Part shown: piece by piece, positions 7,691 to 16,613 of the stretch
Layout of the letters: each line of letters begins with the position of its first letter
Position numbering within the stretch: position 1 is the first letter of the stretch
Origin: a virus
Reading direction: 5' to 3' (one strand)
DNA: 31,808 nt
IMG/VR virus record: IMGVR_UViG_3300027933_000039
Translations under genes and position numbers: made by a program
Notes under the pieces: generated by a model
Told to the model about the DNA's origin: nothing
Seen by the model: only the letters and a program-made list of their open reading frames with translations
Databases searched by the model: none

Positions 7691-9133
7691 ATGGTACATA
7701 TTTCAAAAAAGGTTATTGACCTTGTTGGTAGCAAGGTTAACACAATACCAGTCATTGTACAAACCACTCCTGAAAAGCTGGATGAAATCGCGAAGGTGTA
7801 CATGAAGGTCGATAACGGACCTTTGAACGGGTTAAGGCTATCTAAAATATCCTACGTTAGAAAGATTCCAACCTTCAGTATGTTCTCCACAGTGTTAACA
7901 CCAAAGGAGGTTGACGCATTATCACAGGACAGTAACGTTGTCGCAATCTACTACAATGGTAGGAATAGAATCCTCTCATCCGTACCGCAAATGCCAACTA
8001 AGGTTACACAAACTTACAGTCTACGTGAATTACACAACCCCTACGGTGACACCTTTACCACAAGTGTGTACACGACTAAAATGATTGGTGTGGATACCCT
8101 CAATAAACTGGGTTACCAGGGCGGAGGAGTAAAGGTGGCGATTATTGACACGGGTTTAGCCTTACGCCACCTACAAATGCCTACAGAGGGTGGGTTTAGG
8201 TTAGGGCATTACTCAAGCGTATTCCCGTGGGGTCTCCTTGACACTACTGGGCATGGGACTTGGTGTACCCTATTGATTGCCGGAAGGAAGACAGTCTCAA
8301 CCCTTATGGGATTGAGGAGTAACCTATTCCCAATAGGTGTGACTGGGATTGCGAGTAAGTCAAGTTGGATGGCGATAAAGGGGCTGGATTACATAGTGGG
8401 TACGGGTACGGATTCGGACTTAATCTCAGCGTTTGAGATTGCCTATAACCAGGGTGTAAAGGTTTACAGCAACAGTTGGGGTGGTACACCACAGAGTGAC
8501 GACCCAACGGACTCACCCTTCTACCCAGTCCTGGAGAGGGTGACACAAAGTGGGGGAATACCGGTGTTTGCCGCAGGGAACAGTGGCCCTGGTTGTGGTA
8601 CAATAGCATCTCCGGGTGACCTACCACAGTCGTTAACCGTTGGTGCGTGGGATGAAATAAACGGTAACCTAGCCACCTTCAGTAGCAGAGGTCCGACAAC
8701 CTTCAACAGTGTTAAGCCAGATGTTGTTATGCCTGGTGTGAATATACTAAATGGTATAACTGGTTGGCTAACCCTTCTATACCAACACTTACCGTCCAGG
8801 TTTGACGCATTGAGTGGTACTAGTATGGCTACGCCGCACATGGCTGGTTTCGCCGTATTGATGGCTGAGGTGTACAGAAAGGTTTTGGATAAGGAGCTGA
8901 CTACGATCGAGATAAAGAGGATGATGTGTAGCTGGGCTAAGGAGAGCGGCTTTACGAGGAGTTACATGGCTAACGACAAGTGTGATAGAGATAGGGATGG
9001 TCTAGTTGGTAATGATGGCCTACCAAATGAATGCCTAGAGACTAAAAGTAATGAGATAGGCTGGGGTATGCCAACCTTCAACGTACTTAACTGGTGGCTG
9101 GAGACCGAGTATTCGACAAGTTTACAAGGTTGA
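7691..9133 (+). CDS. Subtilisin-like S8 serine protease with an I9-like prodomain and no signal peptide
   Basis: Catalytic motifs VAIIDTG (D), GHGTW (H), AAGNSG (oxyanion N) and GTSMATPH (S); SD GGGGTG. Confidence 0.95.
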   Translation: MVHISKKVIDLVGSKVNTIPVIVQTTPEKLDEIAKVYMKVDNGPLNGLRLSKISYVRKIPTFSMFSTVLTPKEVDALSQDSNVVAIYYNGRNRILSSVPQMPTKVTQTYSLRELHNPYGDTFTTSVYTTKMIGVDTLNKLGYQGGGVKVAIIDTGLALRHLQMPTEGGFRLGHYSSVFPWGLLDTTGHGTWCTLLIAGRKTVSTLMGLRSNLFPIGVTGIASKSSWMAIKGLDYIVGTGTDSDLISAFEIAYNQGVKVYSNSWGGTPQSDDPTDSPFYPVLERVTQSGGIPVFAAGNSGPGCGTIASPGDLPQSLTVGAWDEINGNLATFSSRGPTTFNSVKPDVVMPGVNILNGITGWLTLLYQHLPSRFDALSGTSMATPHMAGFAVLMAEVYRKVLDKELTTIEIKRMMCSWAKESGFTRSYMANDKCDRDRDGLVGNDGLPNECLETKSNEIGWGMPTFNVLNWWLETEYSTSLQG

Positions 9134-9139
9134 GATCTC

Positions 9140-9195
9140 TTAATAGATCAAGAAGAGAAAGAACAGAAAGAAGAAAAAGATTTTCAAAAAACTGT
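9140..9195 (-). terminator. Oligo-T / pyrimidine-rich archaeal terminator after ORF 9203..9589
   Basis: The minus strand reads TTTTTTGAAAATCTTTTTCTTCTTTCTGTTCTTTCTCTTC immediately after the stop. Confidence 0.55.
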
Positions 9196-9202
9196 ATTAA
9201 AA

Positions 9203-9589
9203 TTAATATCTGGGACCAAATCTGTAGACCCTCACTGATCCTGAGGTACCTGCGGGACCAGTTGGTGGTCCTCCACCACCAGCCGTGCCGGTACCGATAC
9301 CGAAAGCCTGGCTGAACTTTGTGTACCACCTGTTCTGGTTGGCCGCATTTTCCACACCATCTTTAAATGCATCCTTGTAGGCATTGGGGTCATTTGCAAA
9401 GTTCTTGTAGTTGGTAACATGAACATTGGCTTCGGATACAGCCTGCCCGAAGAAGCTTGTTAGACCCGCAACATAATTATTAGCGTATTTCTTAACGTTA
9501 GTGGCCCAGATATCAGCCGCGGCTAAAGTATTGGTTTCCCACTTCTGTGCGGCTTGTTGTGGATTAGATTTTGCTCTACCGCCTGGCAT
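9203..9589 (-). CDS. Putative major DNA-binding virion (nucleocapsid-like) protein, helical with a Gly/Pro tail (128 aa)
   Basis: N-terminal GRAKS..QKW..., Ala/Asn-rich amphipathic helices, its own TATA-like region (TTTATTAACCTTAAAT) and its own terminator; reminiscent of helical DNA-wrapping capsid proteins of crenarchaeal viruses. ATG 9589 preferred over GTG 9598. Confidence 0.45.
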   Translation of the reverse strand: MPGGRAKSNPQQAAQKWETNTLAAADIWATNVKKYANNYVAGLTSFFGQAVSEANVHVTNYKNFANDPNAYKDAFKDGVENAANQNRWYTKFSQAFGIGTGTAGGGGPPTGPAGTSGSVRVYRFGPRY

Positions 9590-9627
9590 GTTCTCCACTT
9601 AATACTTAGATTTAAGGTTAATAAAGA

Positions 9628-10344
9628 TTAGGTTCGAGATTCATCCTTTTCGTTCCTCATCTCCCTCAATCTGTACAGGAAGGTGTTATCGACCTCATTT
9701 ATCTTTTTCACAAGCTTCAAACCGTTAAGGTATCTGAAATCAGTAAACTTGTCAGCCACCGTCATTAATTGCACAAACCTCAACAACTGTAGCCCGTAAT
9801 AGTTACGTATACCCGTATCCCACAAGGTATATAACTCGTCCTTATCCACGTTGTCAAACACACCAGTATTAAAAGCCTGTATTAACAACGTTTTGTAGCT
9901 AACGTCGGAAACGACCTGCCCTCCAACCACAACCTTCCACCAATTCCTAACCTTCACTCCTCTAGCCTCAAAGAATGACAATGGTGGTGTGTCAACCCAT
10001 ATCGTCTGTACGGAATACCTTGGTCTATCCTCCTCGATAACCACTAATCCCCTCTCCTTAAAGGGCTTATCAGTCCCATCATACCAGTATGAGGGATGAT
10101 CCAAGTGTAACACAACCTTGTTACCGTCGAAGTCCAGTTTTGGGTAGTCCTCATACCTATCCAGTGTGATACAAACGTAGCCTAACTCCTCACAAGCCTT
10201 CCTTATCGAGTAAGTCTTCCCACTGCCAGTATGCCCAACAACCTGTATTACGTTTTCGTTTGCCAACTCCTGCTTTATCCTGTCTATTGCCCTGGGCCTA
10301 AACGTTGTATCCTTTGGTTTAGATGTGGAGGACAATTCTATCAC
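9628..10344 (-). CDS. Short AAA+ ATPase, clamp-loader large-subunit (RFC-L)-like
   Basis: Walker A GHTGSGKT followed by ACEELGYVCITL (cf. RFC-L AxExGxExxEL); degenerate Walker B (LHLDH); located next to RFC-S. Confidence 0.6.
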   Translation of the reverse strand: MIELSSTSKPKDTTFRPRAIDRIKQELANENVIQVVGHTGSGKTYSIRKACEELGYVCITLDRYEDYPKLDFDGNKVVLHLDHPSYWYDGTDKPFKERGLVVIEEDRPRYSVQTIWVDTPPLSFFEARGVKVRNWWKVVVGGQVVSDVSYKTLLIQAFNTGVFDNVDKDELYTLWDTGIRNYYGLQLLRFVQLMTVADKFTDFRYLNGLKLVKKINEVDNTFLYRLREMRNEKDESRT

Positions 10345-10984
10345 CCAAACAGATTATTTGGTAACCACACGTATCGCACTTTGAATAGGTACGCTTAAAC
10401 TCCTTGTCGTTGATTATCGTTTCAATCTCCGTAGTAACGTCGAAAGGTTCCACCTCCTCCCAATTGCCCCAATCCAGGAAGACAACGTAAGCCTTGTCCG
10501 CATTTACCATCCACGAGTAAATCGACAACTGGCGTAAAATGTCCTCAGTTACGTAACCATTGTAACCAGTCTTCCAGTCAACGATAACATACTTATCCCC
10601 AGCCTTCAACAACAGGTCGATTACGCCAACTATCGTAACACCCTTATACTCCTTGGTAACCCTCTTCTCCGAGGCAACAAACCTGTACATTCTCTCCTTC
10701 CTCCAAACCTCAAACTTGGCAAAGTTAAGCAAGGAGTTCTCAATCTGTTCACTGTGTATACTTGAGATGGTGTGGTAAATTTGTGACAACCTTAACTTAA
10801 TCTCAGTAAGCGTATAACCATCCACATCACCCTTGTAAAATTCCTCAATAATCTTGTGTGTAATCGTACCCCTCTCTAGACTCTCCTTATAGTATGGGGC
10901 AATCTCCTTAAAGCCCATTATCTTGTAGTAAGCCATTCTGGGGCATTCGAAGTACATGTTAAGAGTTGTTGGGCTTACCCTCAC
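10319..10984 (-). CDS. Stand-alone Cas4-like PD-(D/E)xK exonuclease with Fe-S cluster cysteines
   Basis: CPR near the N-terminus, GVID-LL, IVDWKTG, QLSIY, C-terminal CDTC...C. Confidence 0.88.
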   Translation of the reverse strand: MRVSPTTLNMYFECPRMAYYKIMGFKEIAPYYKESLERGTITHKIIEEFYKGDVDGYTLTEIKLRLSQIYHTISSIHSEQIENSLLNFAKFEVWRKERMYRFVASEKRVTKEYKGVTIVGVIDLLLKAGDKYVIVDWKTGYNGYVTEDILRQLSIYSWMVNADKAYVVFLDWGNWEEVEPFDVTTEIETIINDKEFKRTYSKCDTCGYQIICLGDRIVLHI

Positions 10985-11891
10985 TAGTTACCACCTCATA
11001 GAATAACCTAGCGACAACACTACTTAACTGTATTAACGGGTTTGCCCCCTCCTTCACCGCCTGTTCAGCCCTAGCCAGCTCCATAAGGCAAACGGCACGA
11101 TACCTCATATCAAGTTTTGAGATACTTTGGTAAATCTTCCTAAAGGCTAAGTTGTAGTCCAACCCCAAGTTTGTGTACACATCCTCCAATTGCTTTAAAG
11201 CCTCATTCAGATCTCCCTTCATTGCCAGTTGTAACACGGAGTTCATTAGGTTGGGAGATACGAGTAACTTAAGGTAGTTAAGGCTAATGTTACCACCAAT
11301 AATACTCTGTTCAAGTAAGTTCATTGTCCTCCTCAGGTCACCCTCACTCAACTCCACAATACCATTGATAACCTGTTGTACCTCCTCTTTACTCTTGAAC
11401 TTCACGTTCTCCTCCTTAAGTACCCTAACGATCATCCTTGTAAGTTCGTCTTTTGGTATGGGCTTAAACCTAAACAACGAACACCTACTTTTTATTGCGT
11501 CTATAATGTTACTCTCATTGTTACCAGTAAGTATGAAGTGTGTACTCTTCGTCTCCTCCATAATCCTCCTTAATGCAAACTGGGCATTCTGTGTCATTGC
11601 GTCAAACTCGTCCAGTAGTATAATCTTCTCCTCTACGTTCATGGCTATTGGCTTTATCCTCTCCCTTATGAACTCCAGTGTCCTGTCGTCACTGGCGTTG
11701 AACTCTATAATTGGTATACCAGCGTCGTGTGCGAATGCGTAGGCAGTACTTGTCTTTCCTAAACCTGGAGGGCCAACAAACATGAGGTGTGGAAAGTCCT
11801 TTCTCCTAATGAACTCCTTTAATGCCGCCACTATCTCCTCTTGTCCAACAATCTCATCCAACGTTTTTGGACGGTACTTTTCCGACAGCAT
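10959..11891 (-). CDS. rfcS: Replication factor C small subunit (clamp loader)
   Basis: EKYRPKTLDEIVGQ, GPPGLGKT, EFNASDDR, ILLDEFD, ALRRIME, AIKSRC. ATG 11891 overlaps the polB stop (TAATG). Confidence 0.96.
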   Translation of the reverse strand: MLSEKYRPKTLDEIVGQEEIVAALKEFIRRKDFPHLMFVGPPGLGKTSTAYAFAHDAGIPIIEFNASDDRTLEFIRERIKPIAMNVEEKIILLDEFDAMTQNAQFALRRIMEETKSTHFILTGNNESNIIDAIKSRCSLFRFKPIPKDELTRMIVRVLKEENVKFKSKEEVQQVINGIVELSEGDLRRTMNLLEQSIIGGNISLNYLKLLVSPNLMNSVLQLAMKGDLNEALKQLEDVYTNLGLDYNLAFRKIYQSISKLDMRYRAVCLMELARAEQAVKEGANPLIQLSSVVARLFYEVVTSEGKPNNS

Positions 11892-14071
11892 TACTCCCAC
11901 AACTCCAGTGTAATATCGTTTGTTATTCCCAAATTCTTGAATGGTCCTTCAATGACCGACTCAATCTGCCTCTTCCAATCCACAATAGGCTTTGGTAACC
12001 CGTCATCAACAACACACACATCCGCTGAGATTCCGTTTTCGTAACCCTTACACCAAACGTACCTTATCCTACTACCATAACCATAGTTTTTGTTAAAGTA
12101 TTTGTTAGCCAGGACTGCCGCTCTAACGTGTGGTGGAAGGGTTTTGTACTCGTCAATTCTCCTCGTAATACCCCTATACAAAGCCACGTCCTCCAAGGGC
12201 AACTCCTTTATCTTTCGTATGAAGTCATTCTTAACCTGTATTACCTCAGTCATGGGTCTTCCATCAAGTAACAACTCAAACACCTTCTCCTCCAATTCCT
12301 GAGTAATCTTGGACGAATCTGTCCTTATCGCCTCAAATCCCTTAATGTCAATCTCGTTAACCTGTTTACCCTTCTTCCACACAACCTTAGCCGCATACCT
12401 TTTCTTCACCCCAGTGAAATAGACAGCCCCTAGGTACTTCTCAAACTTTAGGCTTAAGGTAGGTTCGGACTTCAACGAGTACTTCTCCATGAAGTATCGA
12501 CGTAGATCATTTGTCAACTGTTTGGATAATTCCTCCGCCTTCTCGAAGGGTACTTGTATGAATACGCTGTCTGTGTCACCGTACAACGTTTTGTAGCCGT
12601 AACGTTTGGACTGTTCAATAACGTACTGTATACCCTCCCTAGCCAACGCCGTTATTGTACTTGCACAATCCCTGTCGTAAAACCTAGCCTGCGGATGCCC
12701 CATGTAACCGTAGGTTGAGTTTATTATGTATTTTAAAGCCATCACCTTCTTTTCCAAAGTTTTATACTCCTCGCTATCACCAGGGTACTTTTTCATCTCA
12801 TCCTCCACCTCCTCCCTCCTCTTCAGTAGAATCATAGCTAACTTGGGCATTAGCCCCGCCTTGTCCTGCCTAAAAGCCCATATCTCATCAGTAATACGAT
12901 TTAACTTTGTCTCTGGAGACACGTTGAAACTAATGATGATGGATGGGTAATACCTTGACATATCCAGGACTGCAACGTTCTCATACCTTCCCGATGGTGG
13001 GTTTAACACAATTGCACCCCTAATGGGGTTTTCATCCCTATCGACGCTAGTTGGCAACACTACACCCTCTCTCTTCGCCAACCTAAGTAGTAAAGTGTCA
13101 ATCACAATACTCGTGTAATACTGGAATGAGAAGTCCTCCACACCAACTACGTTCTTTAAAGCTTGGTAGTAATCAACAATTGAATACTTTTTATCTATCA
13201 TCACAATCCTCCATACATCACGAATGTTGTAACGTATTATCTCGTTGGGGTTTTTGGTAACCTTCACAAACTCCACTGCCTCCTCTTTCTTCTCCAATCC
13301 CTCCGAAACAGTTACCTCCTTCAGCTTATAGCTCCTTGCCCTAACAAACTCCTTATAACCGGAGAGTAAATCCAACTCCAACCATCCGTTGTAAGTAAAC
13401 TTAACGTTGAGGTGTTTTGCCCTAGCGTAAAGGTACCTCATGTCAAAACTAACATTCCAAGCCGTAACAATATCCACATCCTTTATTAGGTTGTAAACCT
13501 CCTGTATCAAGTCCTTTTCGTTAGTGAAACTACGGGCGTGGAGGTACAAAACGTACTCCTTATTGTTTGCAGTTAGCTTGTAGTAACCAGTCCTTTCCTT
13601 TGCCACATCATTCAGGTAATAGGCGTGATAATCACCCTGTATGTGTACTGTCACAGCAACAATCTTGTATATGGGGTTTTCCTCAGAGGGTAATTCGCCG
13701 TTCTCATTATCCACCTCAATGTCAATATAGGCAACGACGGGCTTAATCGTACAAGGTTTTGCCTCAAGTGTGTCAATGTCATGGCATTCCTGTATATCCT
13801 TGTCTATGAGGTACCTTCTCACGTAGGGTATATCAGCCTCGTAATGCCTCTCGTACTTCTCCCTAGCAGTCCTTACATCAATGGGAGTGTTAACGTAAAC
13901 CCTATCCAGTGGCTCACCAAACACACTCCTGTACACTCCAAGTTTTGACGGTACGTAGAAGAATGGCCTGTACTGGTAAACTTTGTACTTTTTACCACTC
14001 TCAGTCCTCCACCAAATGCCTATATCCCTCTCATTCACAACACGACTAGTTATGTACAAACCAACCGTCAT
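11891..14071 (-). CDS. polB: Family B DNA polymerase, RNA-primed archaeal type
   Basis: ExoI DIEV, ExoII WNVSFD, ExoIII YNIRD; motif A DMSRYYPSII, motif B KYIINSTYG, motif C YGDTDS; KKRY; C-terminal PIP-like DITLELW. ATG 14071 overlaps the dpdA stop. Confidence 0.98.
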   Translation of the reverse strand: MTVGLYITSRVVNERDIGIWWRTESGKKYKVYQYRPFFYVPSKLGVYRSVFGEPLDRVYVNTPIDVRTAREKYERHYEADIPYVRRYLIDKDIQECHDIDTLEAKPCTIKPVVAYIDIEVDNENGELPSEENPIYKIVAVTVHIQGDYHAYYLNDVAKERTGYYKLTANNKEYVLYLHARSFTNEKDLIQEVYNLIKDVDIVTAWNVSFDMRYLYARAKHLNVKFTYNGWLELDLLSGYKEFVRARSYKLKEVTVSEGLEKKEEAVEFVKVTKNPNEIIRYNIRDVWRIVMIDKKYSIVDYYQALKNVVGVEDFSFQYYTSIVIDTLLLRLAKREGVVLPTSVDRDENPIRGAIVLNPPSGRYENVAVLDMSRYYPSIIISFNVSPETKLNRITDEIWAFRQDKAGLMPKLAMILLKRREEVEDEMKKYPGDSEEYKTLEKKVMALKYIINSTYGYMGHPQARFYDRDCASTITALAREGIQYVIEQSKRYGYKTLYGDTDSVFIQVPFEKAEELSKQLTNDLRRYFMEKYSLKSEPTLSLKFEKYLGAVYFTGVKKRYAAKVVWKKGKQVNEIDIKGFEAIRTDSSKITQELEEKVFELLLDGRPMTEVIQVKNDFIRKIKELPLEDVALYRGITRRIDEYKTLPPHVRAAVLANKYFNKNYGYGSRIRYVWCKGYENGISADVCVVDDGLPKPIVDWKRQIESVIEGPFKNLGITNDITLELWE

Positions 14072-15060
14072 AACCAACCCTCCACGTTCTCCATGTATGA
14101 CACGTAATCGTAAAGTCCCTTATCCTTCAACATCACATCAATTGAGTCTGAGTTGTACAAATTGTAAACGTGGTCATAGAAATCCAGCAACCTCCACAGG
14201 TTGTGTAGTGTTAGTTTTACATACCAATTAATGTCTATGTAAACGTCCTTCGTAAAATTAAACCTAGTACAGACTGGACAGTGACACCTAACCTCAGACG
14301 AATACCTCTTACCAATGTAGATAGCCGAATTCTGTGTGTAAAACCTTCCGTATGCCGCCGCCATGCTGTACTTGCTACTATCCATACTTATTAACTCGAA
14401 GTAATTCCTCTTCAGTAAAGCCGAACTAATTAGCATTGCACCCTCGTTACCAGCACCAAGTAAGTGTATCTTTTTAACACCGTTTTGGTAAAGGTATAGC
14501 ATTTGCCTAACCATGGTGGAGTAATTTGTGGTTGGTCGAAAGGCTATTGCCACACCCTCAAGGTCATCTACGTAATCTCTTATTGCGTACTTGTACCAAA
14601 TTTCAATCTGTTCTAAAGTATCGCCGTGTAGGATACCCCACAGTGGCTTATCCACCTTATCCAACATAATCTTGTTATTTTTACCAGTCATCTTGGCATA
14701 ATCCTCAATCTTCTCCAGACTAACAGTCTCCATAGTGTCGTTAACTCCTGCAGGTGCGTAGTCCAAACTTAAAGCCCAGTCCGCATACTCGTTCTGAAAG
14801 TCGATCAGCTCATTGATATTTACGGGCAAACCTATAGTAAAGGTTTGCAACCCCCCACTATCAACGAAGACGAAGGCGTTACAGTCATTCAACAACTCCT
14901 TCCTTAACTTAGCCTTAGTTTGTTTGGCAGAGCCATAGGATAGCATTACCTTCTTGTATGCTATTGGCGATTCGTCACACCAGTAAATCATATCCTTTGG
15001 CAAACTGTGTAGTACCGCTAAGTAACTACCCGTGATAGCAGGAAAGAAGTACAAATTCAC
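14068..15060 (-). CDS. dpdA: TGT-fold base-exchange enzyme, DpdA-like (7-deazaguanine insertion into DNA)
   Basis: VDSGGLQ, ALSLD, GILHG, IHLLG, SMDSS, Zn site CHCPVC...HN; 330 aa with no PUA domain; lies between folE and polB. Confidence 0.8.
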   Translation of the reverse strand: MNLYFFPAITGSYLAVLHSLPKDMIYWCDESPIAYKKVMLSYGSAKQTKAKLRKELLNDCNAFVFVDSGGLQTFTIGLPVNINELIDFQNEYADWALSLDYAPAGVNDTMETVSLEKIEDYAKMTGKNNKIMLDKVDKPLWGILHGDTLEQIEIWYKYAIRDYVDDLEGVAIAFRPTTNYSTMVRQMLYLYQNGVKKIHLLGAGNEGAMLISSALLKRNYFELISMDSSKYSMAAAYGRFYTQNSAIYIGKRYSSEVRCHCPVCTRFNFTKDVYIDINWYVKLTLHNLWRLLDFYDHVYNLYNSDSIDVMLKDKGLYDYVSYMENVEGWL

Positions 15061-15539
15061 TGGCTACACCTCCTTGTAACCATAACACTGTTATTCCGTA
15101 TTCCTCTCATTAACACACAGTAGTGTTTACCAGTAACCACAACACTTAGCCGCTTTGGCTGAAGACAGGAATAGAGTATCTCGTAAAGCAAGTTAGTGTA
15201 TTCCTCCTGTACTCTGGGATACCTGGCTAAGTCCCTTGCTATTCTACTAAACTTCGACATACCCAGTATCCTTCCGTTGGGTACGTACACGATCTCTATC
15301 TTCATGTCCACCGGAAGGAAGTGATGGGGGCATAACATGTACGTGTCATTAACCACAATCTTAACCTCTCCTTGGTGGTTGCTTGGAAAGGTCACACAGT
15401 ACTTCTCCTTTATCTCCTCCAGAGGGATAAGGGTAGTATACTCCTCAAGCCACCTCTGCATCCTCAATGGTGTCCTGTTGAAGTGTGGGTCGCTTAAATC
15501 TACGTTTTTAAATACGTCAATAGCCCCTTTCTCTTCCAT
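15057..15539 (-). CDS. folE: GTP cyclohydrolase I
   Basis: TPLR, LCPHHFLP, GMSKFSRI, RVQEE, HYCVLMRG. Confidence 0.95.
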   Translation of the reverse strand: MEEKGAIDVFKNVDLSDPHFNRTPLRMQRWLEEYTTLIPLEEIKEKYCVTFPSNHQGEVKIVVNDTYMLCPHHFLPVDMKIEIVYVPNGRILGMSKFSRIARDLARYPRVQEEYTNLLYEILYSCLQPKRLSVVVTGKHYCVLMRGIRNNSVMVTRRCSQ

Positions 15540-16200
15540 GTGCCACCACGTGTATCTGTAAGTATGCCTTGAACATTGTATACCTTTGACTTACGAGGTC
15601 AAACAACCTCGTAAACATGTTGAGGTCACTTGTGGTTACGTAGATGGGGTAATCCCTTAGTAACATGGCGTAGTCCTGCAGTATTTCATCCAAATCCTCC
15701 GGTAGCTTACTCGTTACGAACTTAAATATCGTCCTATCTGGGCTATACTCGTTATTGGCATACCTGTAATTCACCCCTGAGCTCCTCAGCTTTGGAGAGA
15801 CAGCCCAGTAAACCTTGGAGTGATCACTGTTCAATGCCTTCTGTATCTCCTCGGGTATTCTAACCGTGCCATTCGTCTCTATCACAAACGCCTCAAATTT
15901 ATTGTACAACTTTTTGTACAATGCATAAACTTGCGTTATGTACATCGTAGGCTCCCCACCCGTTATCACAAGCACTCTAATTCCCTTCTGCCTACTTACA
16001 TCATCCACCCACTTTGCTATACTGTCAATATCTCGTAAAGTATAGTCACCCGTATCGTAGCTGTACTTAGTATCACACCAAACACACCTTAAGTTACAGC
16101 CGTAGAACCTAAGGAAGGTTGATGGGTAACCCCACAACGGTGGCTCGCCGTTAATACTGGTGAACACCTCGTTGACCGGTAACGCATCAGTTGACGGCAT
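15517..16200 (-). CDS. queE: 7-carboxy-7-deazaguanine synthase (radical SAM)
   Basis: EVFTSINGE, FLRFYGCNLRCVWCDT (CxxxCxxC), ITGGEP, ETNG, VSPK. Confidence 0.96.
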   Translation of the reverse strand: MPSTDALPVNEVFTSINGEPPLWGYPSTFLRFYGCNLRCVWCDTKYSYDTGDYTLRDIDSIAKWVDDVSRQKGIRVLVITGGEPTMYITQVYALYKKLYNKFEAFVIETNGTVRIPEEIQKALNSDHSKVYWAVSPKLRSSGVNYRYANNEYSPDRTIFKFVTSKLPEDLDEILQDYAMLLRDYPIYVTTSDLNMFTRLFDLVSQRYTMFKAYLQIHVVAHGRERGY

Positions 16201-16202
16201 GG

Positions 16203-16613
16203 CTATTCCACCACCACATTGTAGTCTATTCTGGATTTATCGTTTTCTTCCACCTTTATGGAGTAGGACTGTACTTTAGCCTTCCTACTGTTCACCTTCT
16301 TTATTATCTCTCCAAAGGGTATGGTAGATTCAAGGTACATGGCAAGTCTTTCTGCTGATGCGTTATCCCCAACGTAATCGTTTAACGACTTGTGATCAAT
16401 CCTATCAATCACTGGTTTCACATACTCATCAAGCTCCGTAAAGTCCATATAATAACCTACATCTGGCAATTCAGTAATAGCGGCTGTAAGGCAGATTGTT
16501 ATCAAGTAGTTATGCCCATGTAGATTACGGCATTTAGTGTCGTATGCCAACGCTATCCTATGTGCCATGCTAGCCCTGTAATCTTTACAAATCTCTAGTA
16601 TCCTTTGCGTCAT
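16203..16613 (-). CDS. queD: 6-carboxy-5,6,7,8-tetrahydropterin synthase
   Basis: AHR, CRNLHGHNY, MDF, DHKSLND, SAERLA. Confidence 0.95.
   Translation of the reverse strand: MTQRILEICKDYRASMAHRIALAYDTKCRNLHGHNYLITICLTAAITELPDVGYYMDFTELDEYVKPVIDRIDHKSLNDYVGDNASAERLAMYLESTIPFGEIIKKVNSRKAKVQSYSIKVEENDKSRIDYNVVVE

Noticed and set aside
7648-7719. Upstream ORF overlapping the subtilisin start
   Set aside because: 23 aa, too close to the candidate TATA box, and the protease has its own SD.
8304-8841. Antisense ORFs within the subtilisin gene, and similar shadow ORFs such as 734..1072, 5382..5690, 11287..11742, 19034..19435, 28178..28504, 29515..29970 and 30085..30549
   Set aside because: They lie opposite better-supported genes (mostly motif-bearing), have atypical composition and lack expression signals.
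10319-10984. Cas4 as part of a CRISPR-Cas locus
   Set aside because: No cas1, cas2, effector genes or array; solo Cas4-like nucleases are common in archaeal viruses.
11891-14071. Protein-primed or inactivated (PolB2-like) polymerase
   Set aside because: Catalytic and exonuclease Asp residues are intact; the primase, clamp and clamp loader indicate RNA priming.
14068-16613. Host chromosomal tRNA archaeosine or queuosine operon
   Set aside because: The TGT lacks a PUA domain, overlaps polB and sits among viral genes. tRNA activity is not formally excluded.
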